From Mobula hypostoma (Eukaryota): DNA of 64,000 bases. Each line of letters begins with the position of its first letter. Within the stretch, counting starts at the first letter, position 1. The stretch covers positions 67,890,001-67,954,000 of the forward strand of contig NC_086101.1 in assembly GCF_963921235.1 (NCBI RefSeq). Reading direction: 5' to 3'. The position numbers and the translations under genes were made by a program. Shown in pieces: positions 53,046 to 64,000 of this stretch. The notes below the pieces were generated by a model. It was not told the DNA's origin, made no database searches, and saw only the letters and a program-made list of their open reading frames with translations.

Positions 53046-53203
53046 GGTAGAACATAATACAACACCCCCTTAATCCTGATAGAGGAGACCAGGATGATAA
53101 GAGACATACGAGGGGTGATTGATCGGTAGAACATAATACAACACCCCCTTAATCCTGATAGAGGAGACCAGGATGATAAGAGACATACGAGGGGTGATTG
53201 ATC
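53046..53203 (+). repeat. Exact 79-bp tandem duplication
   Basis: 53046-53124 is identical to 53125-53203. Confidence 0.93.
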
Positions 53204-53669
53204 AGTTCATGCCTAAGGTTGAAGGAGTCAATTCTGGAAAACCTAACACATTTATTTTTCAATGTAGTCCCCTCCTGCATGTACACATTTAGTCCAGCGG
53301 TCGTGGAGCATACGGATCCCTTCTTTGTAGAAGTGGTCCACAGCAGGGGTGATTGATAAGTTTGTGGCCTAAGGTAGAAGGAGATGAGTTATATCGCTCT
53401 TGTTACATACACGTGCAGTTCAACTCTTTGAGTGATAATGCAGAAAGTTTGAAGTTAATAACTCATCTCCTTCTACCATAGGCCATGAATTTATCAATCA
53501 CCTCTGCTGTGGACCACTGGAGGACCAAGATGCCGACTTCTACAAAGAAGGGATCCGTATGCTCCACGACTGCTGGACTAAGTGTGTAAATGTAGGAAAA
53601 ATAAATGTGCTAGGTTTTCTAAAATTGACTCCTTCTACCTTAGGCTACAAACTTATCAATCACGCCTCA
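53188..53669. mobile_element. Mariner-derived foldback MITE, copy 2, in a CR1 3' fragment
   Basis: TIRs CGAGGGGTGATTGAT and ATCAATCAC(G)CCTC; TA TSD at 53186-53187 and 53670-53671; homologous to 25879-26480. Confidence 0.88.
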
Positions 53670-53929
53670 TAGCTAGAAGTAGATAGCAAAAGACCTTTTC
53701 CCAGGTGGAAAAGAGATATCATGTTAAGGTGATTGGAGGAAATCATGGTAGGGGGTGGGTGCGGGATGTCAGAGCTAAGTTCTTTGCACAGTGGGTGGTT
53801 AGTGTCTGCCTACCAAGGGGGTGGTATAGGCAGATACAATAGTGGCATTTATGAAACTCTCAGATAGGCACATGGGTGATAGAAGAAAAATGGAGGACTG
53901 CGTAGGAGGGAAGGTTTAGATAGATCTTG

Positions 53930-54099
53930 TTGTCCATCGGGATTTTGTGGCAAGATACAGAAATAGATTGCCAGGCCTTTTTTCTGTGCAGGCCCTGCTG
54001 CTGCTCAGGTTAGGCCAGGTTGGGGATCCAGCTGGATTCAAACTCAGGACCTTCCACCTCGATGTCCAGCGCTGATGCCACTACAGCACCACCCAGCTC
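53930..54099 (-). mobile_element. tRNA-headed SINE with RTE-like tail
   Basis: Minus strand: GTAGTGGCATCAGC (A-box-like), GAGTTTGAATCC (B box), GGCAATCTATTTCTGTATCTTGCC..AATCCCGATGGAC, (CAA) tail; TSD ATAGA(T/A)CTTG at 53920-53929 and 54100-54109. Confidence 0.7.
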
Positions 54100-54326
54100 A
54101 TAGAACTTGGTGTAGTTTAAAGGGTCAGCACAACATGGTAGGTCAAAGGGCTTGTCCTGTGCTGTAGTGTTCTGTGTTCTATATTCTATGTTCATTGTTC
54201 GTGCAATTATTGGCAATCACTTATCTGTCCCCACTGCCTACAGACAAAGAGCATGGTTTCATTGCAACACACATAAAAGTTGCTGGTGAATGCAGCAGGC
54301 CAGGCAGCATCTCTAGGAAGAGGTGC

Positions 54327-54362
54327 AGTTGACGTTTCAGGCCGAGACCCTTCGTCAGGACT
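54327..54362 (-). ncRNA. Minimal hammerhead ribozyme, inverted copy
   Basis: Minus strand AGTC-CTGACGA-A-GGGTCTCGGCCT-GAAACGTC-AACT; core intact, one stem I mismatch and one extra G.U pair in stem II. Confidence 0.72.
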
Positions 54363-54761
54363 AACTGAAAGAAGAGCTAGTAAGAGATTTGAAAGTGGGA
54401 GGGGGAGGGGGAGATCCAAAACGATAGGAGAAGACAGGAGGGGGAGGGATGGAGCCAAGAGCTGGACAGTTGATTGGCAAAAGGGATATGAGAGGATCAT
54501 GGGACAGGAGGCCTAGGGAGAAAGAAAAGGGGGAGGGGGGAAACCAGAGAATGGGCAAGGGGTATAGTGAGGGGGACAAAAAGGAGAGAGAGAAAAAGAA
54601 TGGTACGAGGGGGAGGTGGGGCATTAGCAGAAGTTTCAGAAGTCAATATTCATGCCATCAGGTTGGAGGCTCCATCCCTCCCCCTCCTGTCTTCTCCTAT
54701 CATTTTGGATCTCCCCCTCCCCCTCCCACTTTCAAATCTCTTACTAGCTCTTCTTTCAGTT

Positions 54762-54797
54762 AGTCCTGACGAAGGGTCTCGGCCCGAAACGTCGACT
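54762..54797 (+). ncRNA. Minimal type I hammerhead ribozyme (PLE-associated)
   Basis: AGTC-CTGACGA-A-GGGT(CTCG)GCCC-GAAA-C-GTC|GACT: stem I AGTC/GACT, conserved core, GUC cleavage triplet, palindromic ACGT stem III. Confidence 0.8.
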
Positions 54798-56670
54798 GTA
54801 CCTCTTCCTAGAGATGCTGCCTGGCCTACTGTGCTCACCAGCAACTTTGATGTGTGTTGCTTGAAATTCCAGTATCTGCAGATTTCCTCATGTTTGTGGT
54901 TTCATTGCAATTGGTCACGTCAATGATTCTTTAAAATTCCAATTAAATATATTCTTAAAGATGCTTGAGGTCACTTGTACTCATGGATGGACAAGTAATT
55001 GAAATTCCCATTTGCTGCAGTAGCCAATGGGACAAATCATGGCTGAATCTTTGAGGACCAAATGTTCACCTCACCATAACTAGGCATTCAGGAAGCTGTA
55101 CTCTTTACTCTTCTGTGTTCTATAAAGCATCTACCACGTCTCTCCTCAAAACAAGAACATCGGTTTCTTCATTATGAAAGTAAATATTAAAAATGATTTT
55201 GTTCATTGATTTCTGCTATTCCTCCACATGTCTTTGTTCAAAGTACATTTATTATCACATATGTATAAATTATACAACCTTGAAATCCATCTGCTTACAG
55301 GCAGCCACAAAGCAAGAAACCTGAAAGAACCCAATTAAAAAAAATAAAGACCAGAGGCTCAGTGAAAGAGGAAAAGCACAAAAGATGCAAACAATAGAAA
55401 TGAGCAACAGCATTCTGAACCAAATTGAGTCCTCAGATCCAAATCTCTGGAGCAGCAGAGAGTAGGCCCAAAGCCTCGGTCTCAGTTCATCCTATTAGCA
55501 GACCGAAGCTTACTGACACAATGCACAGCAGCCAGGGCTATTTCACAGCCTCAGCGGGAAATCAGCCTGACCCTCAACTCCGATCCCAACACCCTGCTTT
55601 GCAATGCAGAATCTAGGCTCCCCCTCCAATCAGCTTCACCTCCGCTCGTCTATTCGTTGTTTATGGTGATAGTTTACCATAATTTACTTCATAAAAGGTA
55701 TTATTAACAATGTTTTAATATTAATAATGCTTTCACTGACCTCAAATACATGTGATGGATGAAAATTAATATGAAAATTGTTGGCGCTTCACTAAACCCT
55801 GGAACATCTGGACAGCAAAGATGCATACACCAGGATGCACTTTATCAACTACAGCTCAGCTTTCAACACTATCAGCCTCTTAAAACTAATCAATAAACTT
55901 CAAGTCTTTGGTCTCAATACCTCCTTCTGCAATTGGATACTTGATTTCTTTACTTGCAGACCCCAGTCAGCACAGATTGGCAACAATATCTCTGTCACAA
56001 TCTCCAGCAGCATAATTTCAACACAAGGCTGTATGCCTAGCCCGCTGCTCTACTTGCTTTACACTTCTGGCTCTGTGGCTAAGCACAGCTCCAATGCATA
56101 TTTAAGTCTGTCATAGGCCAAACTAAAAATGGGGATGATTCAGTATATAAGAAGGCGATTAACAATTTGACTGAGTGTGCCATAACAGCAATTTTTTACC
56201 CAAAGTCAGCGAGACCAAGAAGTTGAATATTGACTTCACGAGGAGGAAACCGGAGGTCCATGAGCCTGTCCTCATCGGGAGATCAGAGATGTCAAGGGCC
56301 AGTGTTATATTCATTCTTGATAAGAGATATAAATTTCCATGGGTTTTCAAACACTAGCACATTTATTAACAATCATGACTTCTAGCTCCACCCTTCAGCA
56401 TGCACTCCCCAGTTCACCAACATCACCTCCAGTTACCCCAAACCACCTGCATTGCACACTGGGAACTGAACTGAAGCTCTTTATTATGTACACATACAAT
56501 GACACATCTTCCCCTTTGAAGAAAGCAAGCACAATGCTATGTCCTCATAAACGTGCAAGAAACAATAATGCTTTCCAACAAAGATATTTACATTAATTTC
56601 AATTGTAATGAACAAATACAGTTCCCCATTTACTCTACCACTCTCAATCCACCTCTGTAGTGGCTTAATG

Positions 56671-58106
56671 TGTCATGGTCTGGATCGGGGTCCCTTTAAA
56701 TTTACCTTGTTTACGTTACGATCCAGACCGTTGATTCCTTGTTTTCCCGTTTTCCTTGACTTTGGTGATGAGAGGCAATTAGCACTCGGCTGAACCGGTA
56801 GTTTATAATCACTGGCTTTCAGCTGTTCGGTGCAGGAGCGTCTGCAAAGTCTGCAAAGTCACGGCGTACCAATGTCATCTGGCCGGAGCAAGCCTTGTCT
56901 CCGCCCGAAGCAAGTGCCGGTAATTCGCCTTTCCTCACCTGAGCAACCCTGTCCAGTTACCTCCCCGAAGCAAGCCTGCAAAGTTTCCTCATCAAGGTGG
57001 GTCCGTCAGTTAACCCGTCAGAGAGCATCAAGAGCCGCTGTCTACTGTTCCCGGGTCGAGTCGAGAGCTCGGCACTACCCGGAGGTTCCAAGCACCACGT
57101 CCCAGCTCTGGCGGCATTCAAGTACCACGTCCACGTCCTGACCCTGGCTGCATTCAAGTACCACGTTCACGTCCTGGCCCTGGCGGCATTCAAGTACCAT
57201 GTCCACGTCCTGTCCCTGGCGGCGTTCAAGTACCATGTCAAGTCCTGGCCCTGGCAGCTTCCAGTTCTGAGTCTAGTCCTGGCCCTGGCGGTCTGTGATT
57301 CCTGTCCTACCCCCTTGTCTGAATCTCTTCTCTGCCCCTCTCACCTCTAGCCCTCGTCTTCGGTCTAGTTCCATCACTGGAGCTACTTAGGTACTGTCTG
57401 GTGTTCATTCATGTTGGTCTTGTCTTGTCTTGTCCTCGCCTCCGTGGGGTAAGTCAAGCCGTCTTGCCTTTGCCCCGTGGGGAATCATGTCTTGTCTTGT
57501 CCTTGCCTCCGTGGGGTAAGTCAGGCCGTCTTGCCGTTGCCCCGAGGGGGGTCATGTCTTGTCGTGTCTTGTCCTCGCCTCCGTGGGATAAGTCAGGCGT
57601 CATGAGTCACGGCCCTATGTCCCGTACCCAAGGAGGAGGCCTGGCTGTCTGTTCTGTGTGCGAGTCCCGGCCCTATGTCCTGTACCCAAGGAGGGGTCCC
57701 GACACTGTGCTCTGTGTCTGTGTCCATGGTTCCATGTACCTGCTCTCCCGAGACCGAGGTTCTGTGTTCCCATGTTCCTCCTCTCCCTAGCCCATGTCAT
57801 GTCCATGCCTGTTTCTAGGGTCCGAGCCCGAGGCAAGACCCAGGTACTGGGTCCTTGCCCAGTCTCGGGCTCGGAGTCCATACCCTAGCCTCTTCATGTC
57901 TCCTCTAGTTCTGGGATCCAATACCAAGTCCTAGTCCAGACCCTTGGTTCCAGCTTAGTCGTAGTGCTCAGTCCTTGTTCAGTTCACTATTCCTACTCCT
58001 GCCTTGCTCTCCTGGTTTTGAACAATAAACTAAATTTAAGTAACCTCACAAGATTTGTCTTGCATTTGGGTCCACCCTTGCTCCCTATGCCCCCACCATT
58101 GTGACA
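56671..58106 (+). mobile_element. 1.44-kb solo LTR with internal tandem arrays
   Basis: TGTCA...TGACA termini; perfect 5-bp TSD TAATG (56666-56670 and 58107-58111); AATAAA ~58024. Confidence 0.88.
57087..57257 (+). repeat. 36-bp minisatellite within the solo LTR (~4.5 copies)
   Basis: Unit TTCAAGTACCACGTCCACGTCCTGGCCCTGGCGGCA; reads as repeated LAAFKYHVHVL in ORF 56997-57350. Confidence 0.9.
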
Positions 58107-58654
58107 TAATGATCCCTTTTGGACTGCTATTTATTTCCACAGATGTATCGATTTCACTTTCTGTGTTAATACAAGTGTCCTTTTGAGAACTCTAATCTAT
58201 GTATTCATATCTTCACATCCCTCTGCCAAGATCTATCTGTTATTCTCCATTCTTGTTTTCGCTGTGTGACCGCAATTCACCTCACATGCCTCACAATGGA
58301 GCCCTGAACTACATCCATGTGATCAGTGAGTCTTTGCACAAGTTCCAACTAATTGTGTGTCAATCCAACGAGCTGCTTCTGTTGGCTGCATATCATAGAT
58401 AGCGACTCCACCTGTCAGTTTTTGGTTGAACTGGTGCTGTTGTTCTGACATTGGGGATTGTGTGGTCTCCTAAACTTCCTTTTTTATTTTTCTTCCTCAA
58501 ATTTGGCAAGGATCATGTTGATATTTTTGATTTCCAGTTAACTGGAAGTCGATGAGAGACAGATTTTGACCCAAAGCTTCATGATGTGGAAATAAGATTG
58601 GTGACTCTATCATGATCACTCTGTTCAACACTGGCATCCTGACTGTCATGATGG

Positions 58655-59152
58655 TGTAGCTGGGCAGAATGTATATGGCTTGTCATATGAAGGGCGTTTG
58701 ATGGTTCTGGGCCTATATTCACTGGAATTCAGAAAAATGAAGGATGACCTCATGCAAACCTATTGAATGGTGAAAGGCCTTGATAGAGGGCATGTGGAGA
58801 GAGTGTTTTCTATGGTGGGAGAGTCTAAGTCCAGAGAACACAGCCTCAGAATAGAGCAACATCCTTTTGGAATGGAGATGAAGAGGAATTTCTTCAGCCA
58901 GTAATCGGTGAGTCTGTGGAATTCTTTGTCACAGACATCGGAGGATGCCGAGTCTTTATGTATATTTATGCCGAGGTTGATAGATTCTTGATTGGTCAGG
59001 ACATAATGGAATACAGGGAGAAGACAGGAGAACGGAGCTAAGAGGAAAATTGGATCTGCCATGATGAAATGGTGGAGCAGACTCAAGGGTTCAATTGGCC
59101 TAATTCTGCTCCTATAGCTTATGGTTTTATGGTTTTATGGTCTTATGGTCTT
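58655..59152 (+). mobile_element. CR1 3' fragment inserted in the Gypsy element
   Basis: LSYEGRL..LGLYSLEFRK; 3' UTR; (TTATGGT)n tail. Confidence 0.88.
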
Positions 59153-60485
59153 AAATATATTTCCTGGAGCAGGCTTTCTCTGAGCCTGTTATCTGGGATT
59201 CCACAAACTATTTTGTCTCTGATTAGTGAGTCTCTCAAATCTCCAAACTCACAGAACTTACTCAGTATGCGAAGCTCACCTAAGTATTGGTCAAAGCTAA
59301 CACCTCATTTTTGTCCACAAGAAAAGAATTTATAGCTTTCAAGTGTGATGTTTTTACTTGGGACAAAATATCCCTCCAATTTTGTCATCAGAATGTCCAA
59401 TTTAAAATCTGTCTCATCAATTTGAAAGCAGTTGTAAATATCCAAAGCATCGGCACCAATTGCATATAGAAAGTTAAATGCTTTCAATTTTTCCTCCACG
59501 CCTCCGGCTCAACTCACGGCTAAATATATATTGAACCGCTGTCTGAAGTGTTTCCAGTTATCAGCTAAATTGCTGGTACGTTGCATAGCTATGGGAGGAC
59601 TTAGGTTATCCACTGAGGGGATTTTTAGGCTTTCACCTCAATTTATTGGTGAACTTCGAGACTGAATGCTCTCTTGCCAACAGCTTCTCTTCGTTGGAAC
59701 CTAGCATCTCTTTCTTGGAAACTCACAGATAAGCTTCATATTGAGATCTCACGCTGACTTCTAAGACCACGTTATGTTTGTCCTTGATAAAAGACAAACT
59801 TTGCATGGGTTTTCAAACACTAGCACATTTATTAACAATCATTGCTTCTAGCTCCACCCTTTAACACACACCTCGGTATACCAATGTCACCTCCAGATCC
59901 CCCCAAATCACCCGCCTTGTATACTGAGAACTGAAGTTCTTTATGTACACACGTAACAACTCAGTCAGCAACTTTAAATTCCTCGGTGTTACCATTTCAG
60001 AGGATCTGTCCTAGGCCCAACTGCAATTATAGAAAAAGCATGACATTGCCTCTGCGTCCTTAAAAGTTTGCAAAAATTCAGCATAATATCTTCGGCTTTG
60101 AAAAACTTCAATAGATGTGTGATGGAAAGCATACTAACTGACTGCATCACAGCCTGGTATGGAAACACCAATGCCTTTGAATGGAAAGTCCTGCAAAAAG
60201 TACTGGATATGGCTCAGTCAATAATGAGTGAAGCACTCCCCAACATTGTGCATATTTACATGGAGCAATGTCGGAGGAAAGCAGCATCATTCTGTTTCCT
60301 GCTGTCGGTTTTGTCAACAGCGTTCAGGACAACGTTAGCACCTGGCAAGAGTTTGGCAGGAAAATGCACAGGAAATCTCAGACCGGAATCTGAATGTTGT
60401 ATTCCCAGGTCAGGGGAGAGGGATTTGTATCCCAGACCCAGGCTGATCCGTAAGCAGTCTCTGCAGCCACACATTGGCATAAGAC

Positions 60486-61093
60486 TGTAACGTTTCGTCA
60501 TATTGGTTCGTATATGTCTAGGGGAAATCCCACCCAGCACCTGCCTCAACACTCCCCACAGGGTCGGTTGCCGCTCGAATCAAGCCCAAACATCAATCAT
60601 CAGCCAGCACACCCAGTAAATTTTAACAAGTACACTTTATAGATATTATTAATTCTATGACATTAATATAAATTTGATACAGAAAGGGAAGTAATGAAAA
60701 AAAAGGCGCCAACACTTTATCAAAGTCCAAGTTCTTCGCGCGCAACTGTTGGAGCTCAATCGAATCCGGACGACCACCCGAATCCTGTCGACCCACGGCT
60801 CAGGACCACCCGAAGTGATCGACCGCAGCCTCTCTGCACGTCTGCGGTCCTCCCCGTCTCTCCTCCGACTCCCCGTCTCTCCTCCGACTCCCCACCAAAA
60901 ACCCCCGTTCCCAGTCATATGAGACAGCATTGTATCCGAAAACAAAACGATACATGACCACCCATTGGTTAATAGCACCCTGCTATCTATAATAACCCAA
61001 GCAACTGTCTAGTTAGAGATTTTCTCAGCATTCCCCAGTATAACATAACAAAAGAAGCAAATTAAATTTATCAAAAAAGAAAGACCCCGTACA
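60486..61093. mobile_element. Solo LTR (608 bp) inserted in a CR1 tail
   Basis: TGTAAC...GTACA termini; 4-bp TSD AGAC (60482-60485 and 61094-61097); a CR1 3' end continues at 61094-61240 on minus. Confidence 0.72.
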
Positions 61094-61929
61094 AGACCAT
61101 AAAACTTGTTGGCAGAGTTTGGCCATTTGGCCCGTTGAGTCTGCTCCGCCATCTGGTCATAGTTGGTTTGTTTTCCCTTTCAGCCCCATTCTCCCGCCTT
61201 CTCCCTGTGCCCTTTGGAGCCCTTACTAATCACCAATCTGGACCCAAGTTCAGGAACAGCTGTTGTCCCGCAGCCATCGGGCTCCTGGCCCTGCGTGGAT
61301 AATTTCACTCGGCACGGAGCTGATTCCACAACCTGTGGACTTCCTTTTTCAGTGACTCTGCAGCTCCTGCTCTCAGAATATCACACAGAAAGCCCATCTG
61401 CGGTGTTATAGTAGAATCACAGCATAACACACAATCCATTGCACCACATGAGCCAGTGTGATGGAACCATGAAGAGGGTATCAGCATTCCTGCTGTGGTG
61501 CAGATGCATTTTAGCCAATGACTTTGTTTAAACTTAAGCACTAACAGCAGAGTTAGAGCAAAGAGCAATGTAGCAAGGGATAACCATGAAGTACTGATAA
61601 ATCTATAGGAATTTGTTGATTTTTTTAATTAATGGTGATCCCATTCGAATGTACTTTCCTTTAACATTCAATAGGTCAAAACATATCATAAGCTGAATTA
61701 GATATTACTGAAAAATTACATAGAAGTCTTGATGCACAAACCAGTAAACCAACTTTATTCTGTCTGCTTGTTCGCAGTTATCCTGAATTTTGTTTGTTAG
61801 GTGCACTCATGAGGGAGATCTGTGCTCATTGACATCAACCTGCAGGTCACATAAAGAGGCATAATGGATTTTAGTGAGAGCTTGCAGGCAATCTCTCACT
61901 GAATATGATCTGAGAAACCTTGAGAGGAA

Positions 61930-62105
61930 TAGCACTACAGATTTAAATGTTGCATTGGAAGTTCTGATGCAGAATGTGAAACGCAGACATGTGGTCCAGA
62001 TATCAAAGTAAAGGTAAGGAAAGCCAATGCGTGCAGTGGTCATTGCTAGGAGGTAAACAACAAGGACCATCATGCAGGTATCAAAAATGTTTTAATGGTT
62101 TCACT
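61930..62105 (+). pseudogene. Possible PIF/Harbinger Myb/SANT-like relic
   Basis: Across frameshifts: ALEVLMQNVKRR ... W..IA.EVN ... RTIMQ..K.FNG, resembling the Myb/SANT accessory protein pattern. Confidence 0.35.
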
Positions 62106-63139
62106 CCAGCTGTACTTTACCAACTGCACCACTAGCCTCAGATACGGTTCAGTTCTTCCTATTTCTCACTTGAGACTCTCATATCTAACCATATCACTTA
62201 AAAGAAAAATTCAAGCACTGCTAAAAGCTTTACGTCCACATGTCACACTTGGCCACACTGCCAGTGAATCAGTCATGATACACACATCACTCAGAGACAT
62301 AACTCAACGCTCGTTCGCGCAAGCTTCTCACTTGTAATCAGGAGGACAGCTGCTAGTCAGTGAGAGACAGATGTTACTGAGACCTGCAGAGGACAGAGCC
62401 TGTGATCATTGCAGTGGCTGTGCTGAGGACTTCAAAAGCAAACATGCCCAGAGTTCTCACTGTAATCCATTCTCCCAACATTTCCTTCAATTGTACCACC
62501 TGCCTACACCTGGCACCTCTGACCAACGTGCACATATTTGGGACATGGGAGAATACTGAAGCATCTAGAGGAAACATACAGTCACACAGAGAATGAGCAA
62601 ACAACATCAGAGGCAGATCACTGGGGCTTTTAGGCAACCGTCCCACTAGCTGTGCCACCGTATTAGCCCTGAATCCACCTCCGCTCCCCTGGTCTTTGAT
62701 AAGACATCTTGGGAGGACTGAGAAAACACAGAAGTAAAATTACACTGTCACTGGATTTACCAGTTTAACCACTAATCAGGCACTGATACTGCTAAAGATG
62801 GATGTAAACATGGGTCTATGTGCTTGAATGGCTTGCATCCAAGGCAAAAGAAAAGGGTAGAATACACATCAGAATCCATAGCCATAATGCGATGTTTAAT
62901 TGAAAGCTAGTTTAATGCCATAGATACGTTTGGTGCTATACAAGTATTAGTAACCAAAAATGGGCTCTATAACAGATTCCAAAATATGAAAATGAGACAT
63001 TTGACTGGCAGACTGACCTCTAATTTATTCCTGATATTTACAGTTCATGACTGACAAACTTCATAAATAACAGAAAGCAGAGTACTGAGTTGCTGAACAA
63101 AGACCCCCAAGAAATGGCGCTTAGGAGTAGATACAGAGG

Positions 63140-63380
63140 AAATGTCAGGGGTAAGTTTTTTTACTCAGAGAGTGGTAAGTGCATGGAATGGGCTGCCGGC
63201 AACGGTGGTGGAGGCGGATAAGATAGGGTCTTTTAAGAGACTCTTGAATAGGTACATGGAGCTTAGAAAAATTGAGGGCTATGAGTACCCCTAGTAATTT
63301 CTGAGATAGGGACATGTTCAGCACAACTTTGTGGGCCAAAGGGCCTGTATTGTGCTGTAGGTTTTCTATATTACCATGTT
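63140..63380 (+). mobile_element. CR1 3' end
   Basis: FFTQRVVSAWNGLPATVVEADKIGSFKRLL plus 3' UTR. Confidence 0.88.
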
Positions 63381-64000
63381 CCTAAAACAATAATTCTTTC
63401 TGAAATTTGATGAAATCAGAATAAAGTTGTCCCTAAAGCCGCAAGAAATATTTTGGTCAACCAATTCTTTTCCTTTCGTCTCATTCTATCCAGAAATATA
63501 ATGAGATAAACAGGTCCATTTATCTCCTCTTATTAATTTCACGAGTATCCACATTTACCTTGGCTTCAGGCAGTAATCTGCTATTATATCCATCAACTTC
63601 ATAAGAAAAAGGAAACCGCATCAAATCCAGAACCCCAAAGCAATTTTATGTAATTATTTGAGGAGGTAAAAAAAACTTAATGTCAATGAAAGAAATGGCT
63701 TAGTCACTTTGCTGTGGGATATAGCTAATGAGAAAAGCCATTATTATTTATAGGCAGCAAGTATGAAAATCATCTTCAATTTTTGTAGGAACATATTCAA
63801 ATGAAATCCTTCAAAGTTGATTAAAGCCAAAGTAAAATATGGAAAAGTTGATTAAAAAGGAATCAATTTAGAGTGTTTAAATAACTTAGAATTTGTCTAA
63901 AATCCCTTTGGCTGAATCTTCTGTGCCCTTTTAACATTGGCAATAGGAATGAGAACAGAATCTTCACTCAAAGATATAAGAGATCATTATGGTGAACTTA

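Larger units (their letters stand above)
54268..54896. mobile_element. Penelope-like insertion with inverted pseudo-LTRs
   Basis: ~190-bp inverted arms (~54268-54456 and ~54668-54860); GIY-YIG end LQPDGMNIDF on minus ~54635-54666; 14-bp TSD TGGTTTCATTGCAA at 54254-54267 and 54897-54910. Confidence 0.9.
56303..59963 (-). mobile_element. Gypsy-type LTR element (gag remnant), minus strand
   Basis: Direct repeats 56303-56504 and ~59770-59963; Leu-type PBS remnant (plus CTGACTTCTAAGACCA); PPT (plus CTTCCCCTTT ~56508); gag NLADNWKHFRQRFNIYL..IGADALDIYN; TSD GCCAG/GTCAG. Confidence 0.82.
55790..60290 (+). mobile_element. Rex1/Babar LINE split by an LTR element (pieces 55790-56302 and 59964-60290; further 3' piece ~61240-61330)
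   Basis: [22 protein letters not shown] before the insertion; SNFKFLGV.ISEDLS and ESILTDCITAWYGN after it. Confidence 0.82.

Noticed and set aside
57087-57257. 36-bp repeats as a CRISPR array or repeat protein
   Set aside because: Head-to-tail units without spacers, inside a TSD-bounded LTR in eukaryotic DNA.

Overview
Repeat-dense, AT-rich vertebrate genomic DNA, most likely intergenic or intronic sequence from an elasmobranch (shark or ray), judged from HE1/V-SINEs, CR1 tails and Penelope pseudo-LTRs. I found no convincing host exon. The window is a mosaic of nested mobile elements: many CR1 LINEs (one young copy with an uninterrupted ~1000-codon ORF2), Rex1/Babar LINEs, a full-length decayed RTE, at least three Gypsy-type LTR elements, two solo LTRs, Penelope fragments, SINEs and Tc1/mariner-type DNA transposon derivatives. 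Most interesting: (1) a U_UUA_AAC -1 slippery site at the CR1 ORF1/ORF2 junction, where ORF2 has no usable ATG; (2) a decayed class I viral fusion (F-like env) gene at ~36.6-38.1 kb; (3) an inverted Penelope insertion carrying two minimal hammerhead ribozymes; (4) a highly structured RTE 5' leader and a tRNA-headed SINE with a Bov-A-like RTE tail. All calls come from reading and translating by eye; no searches were run.
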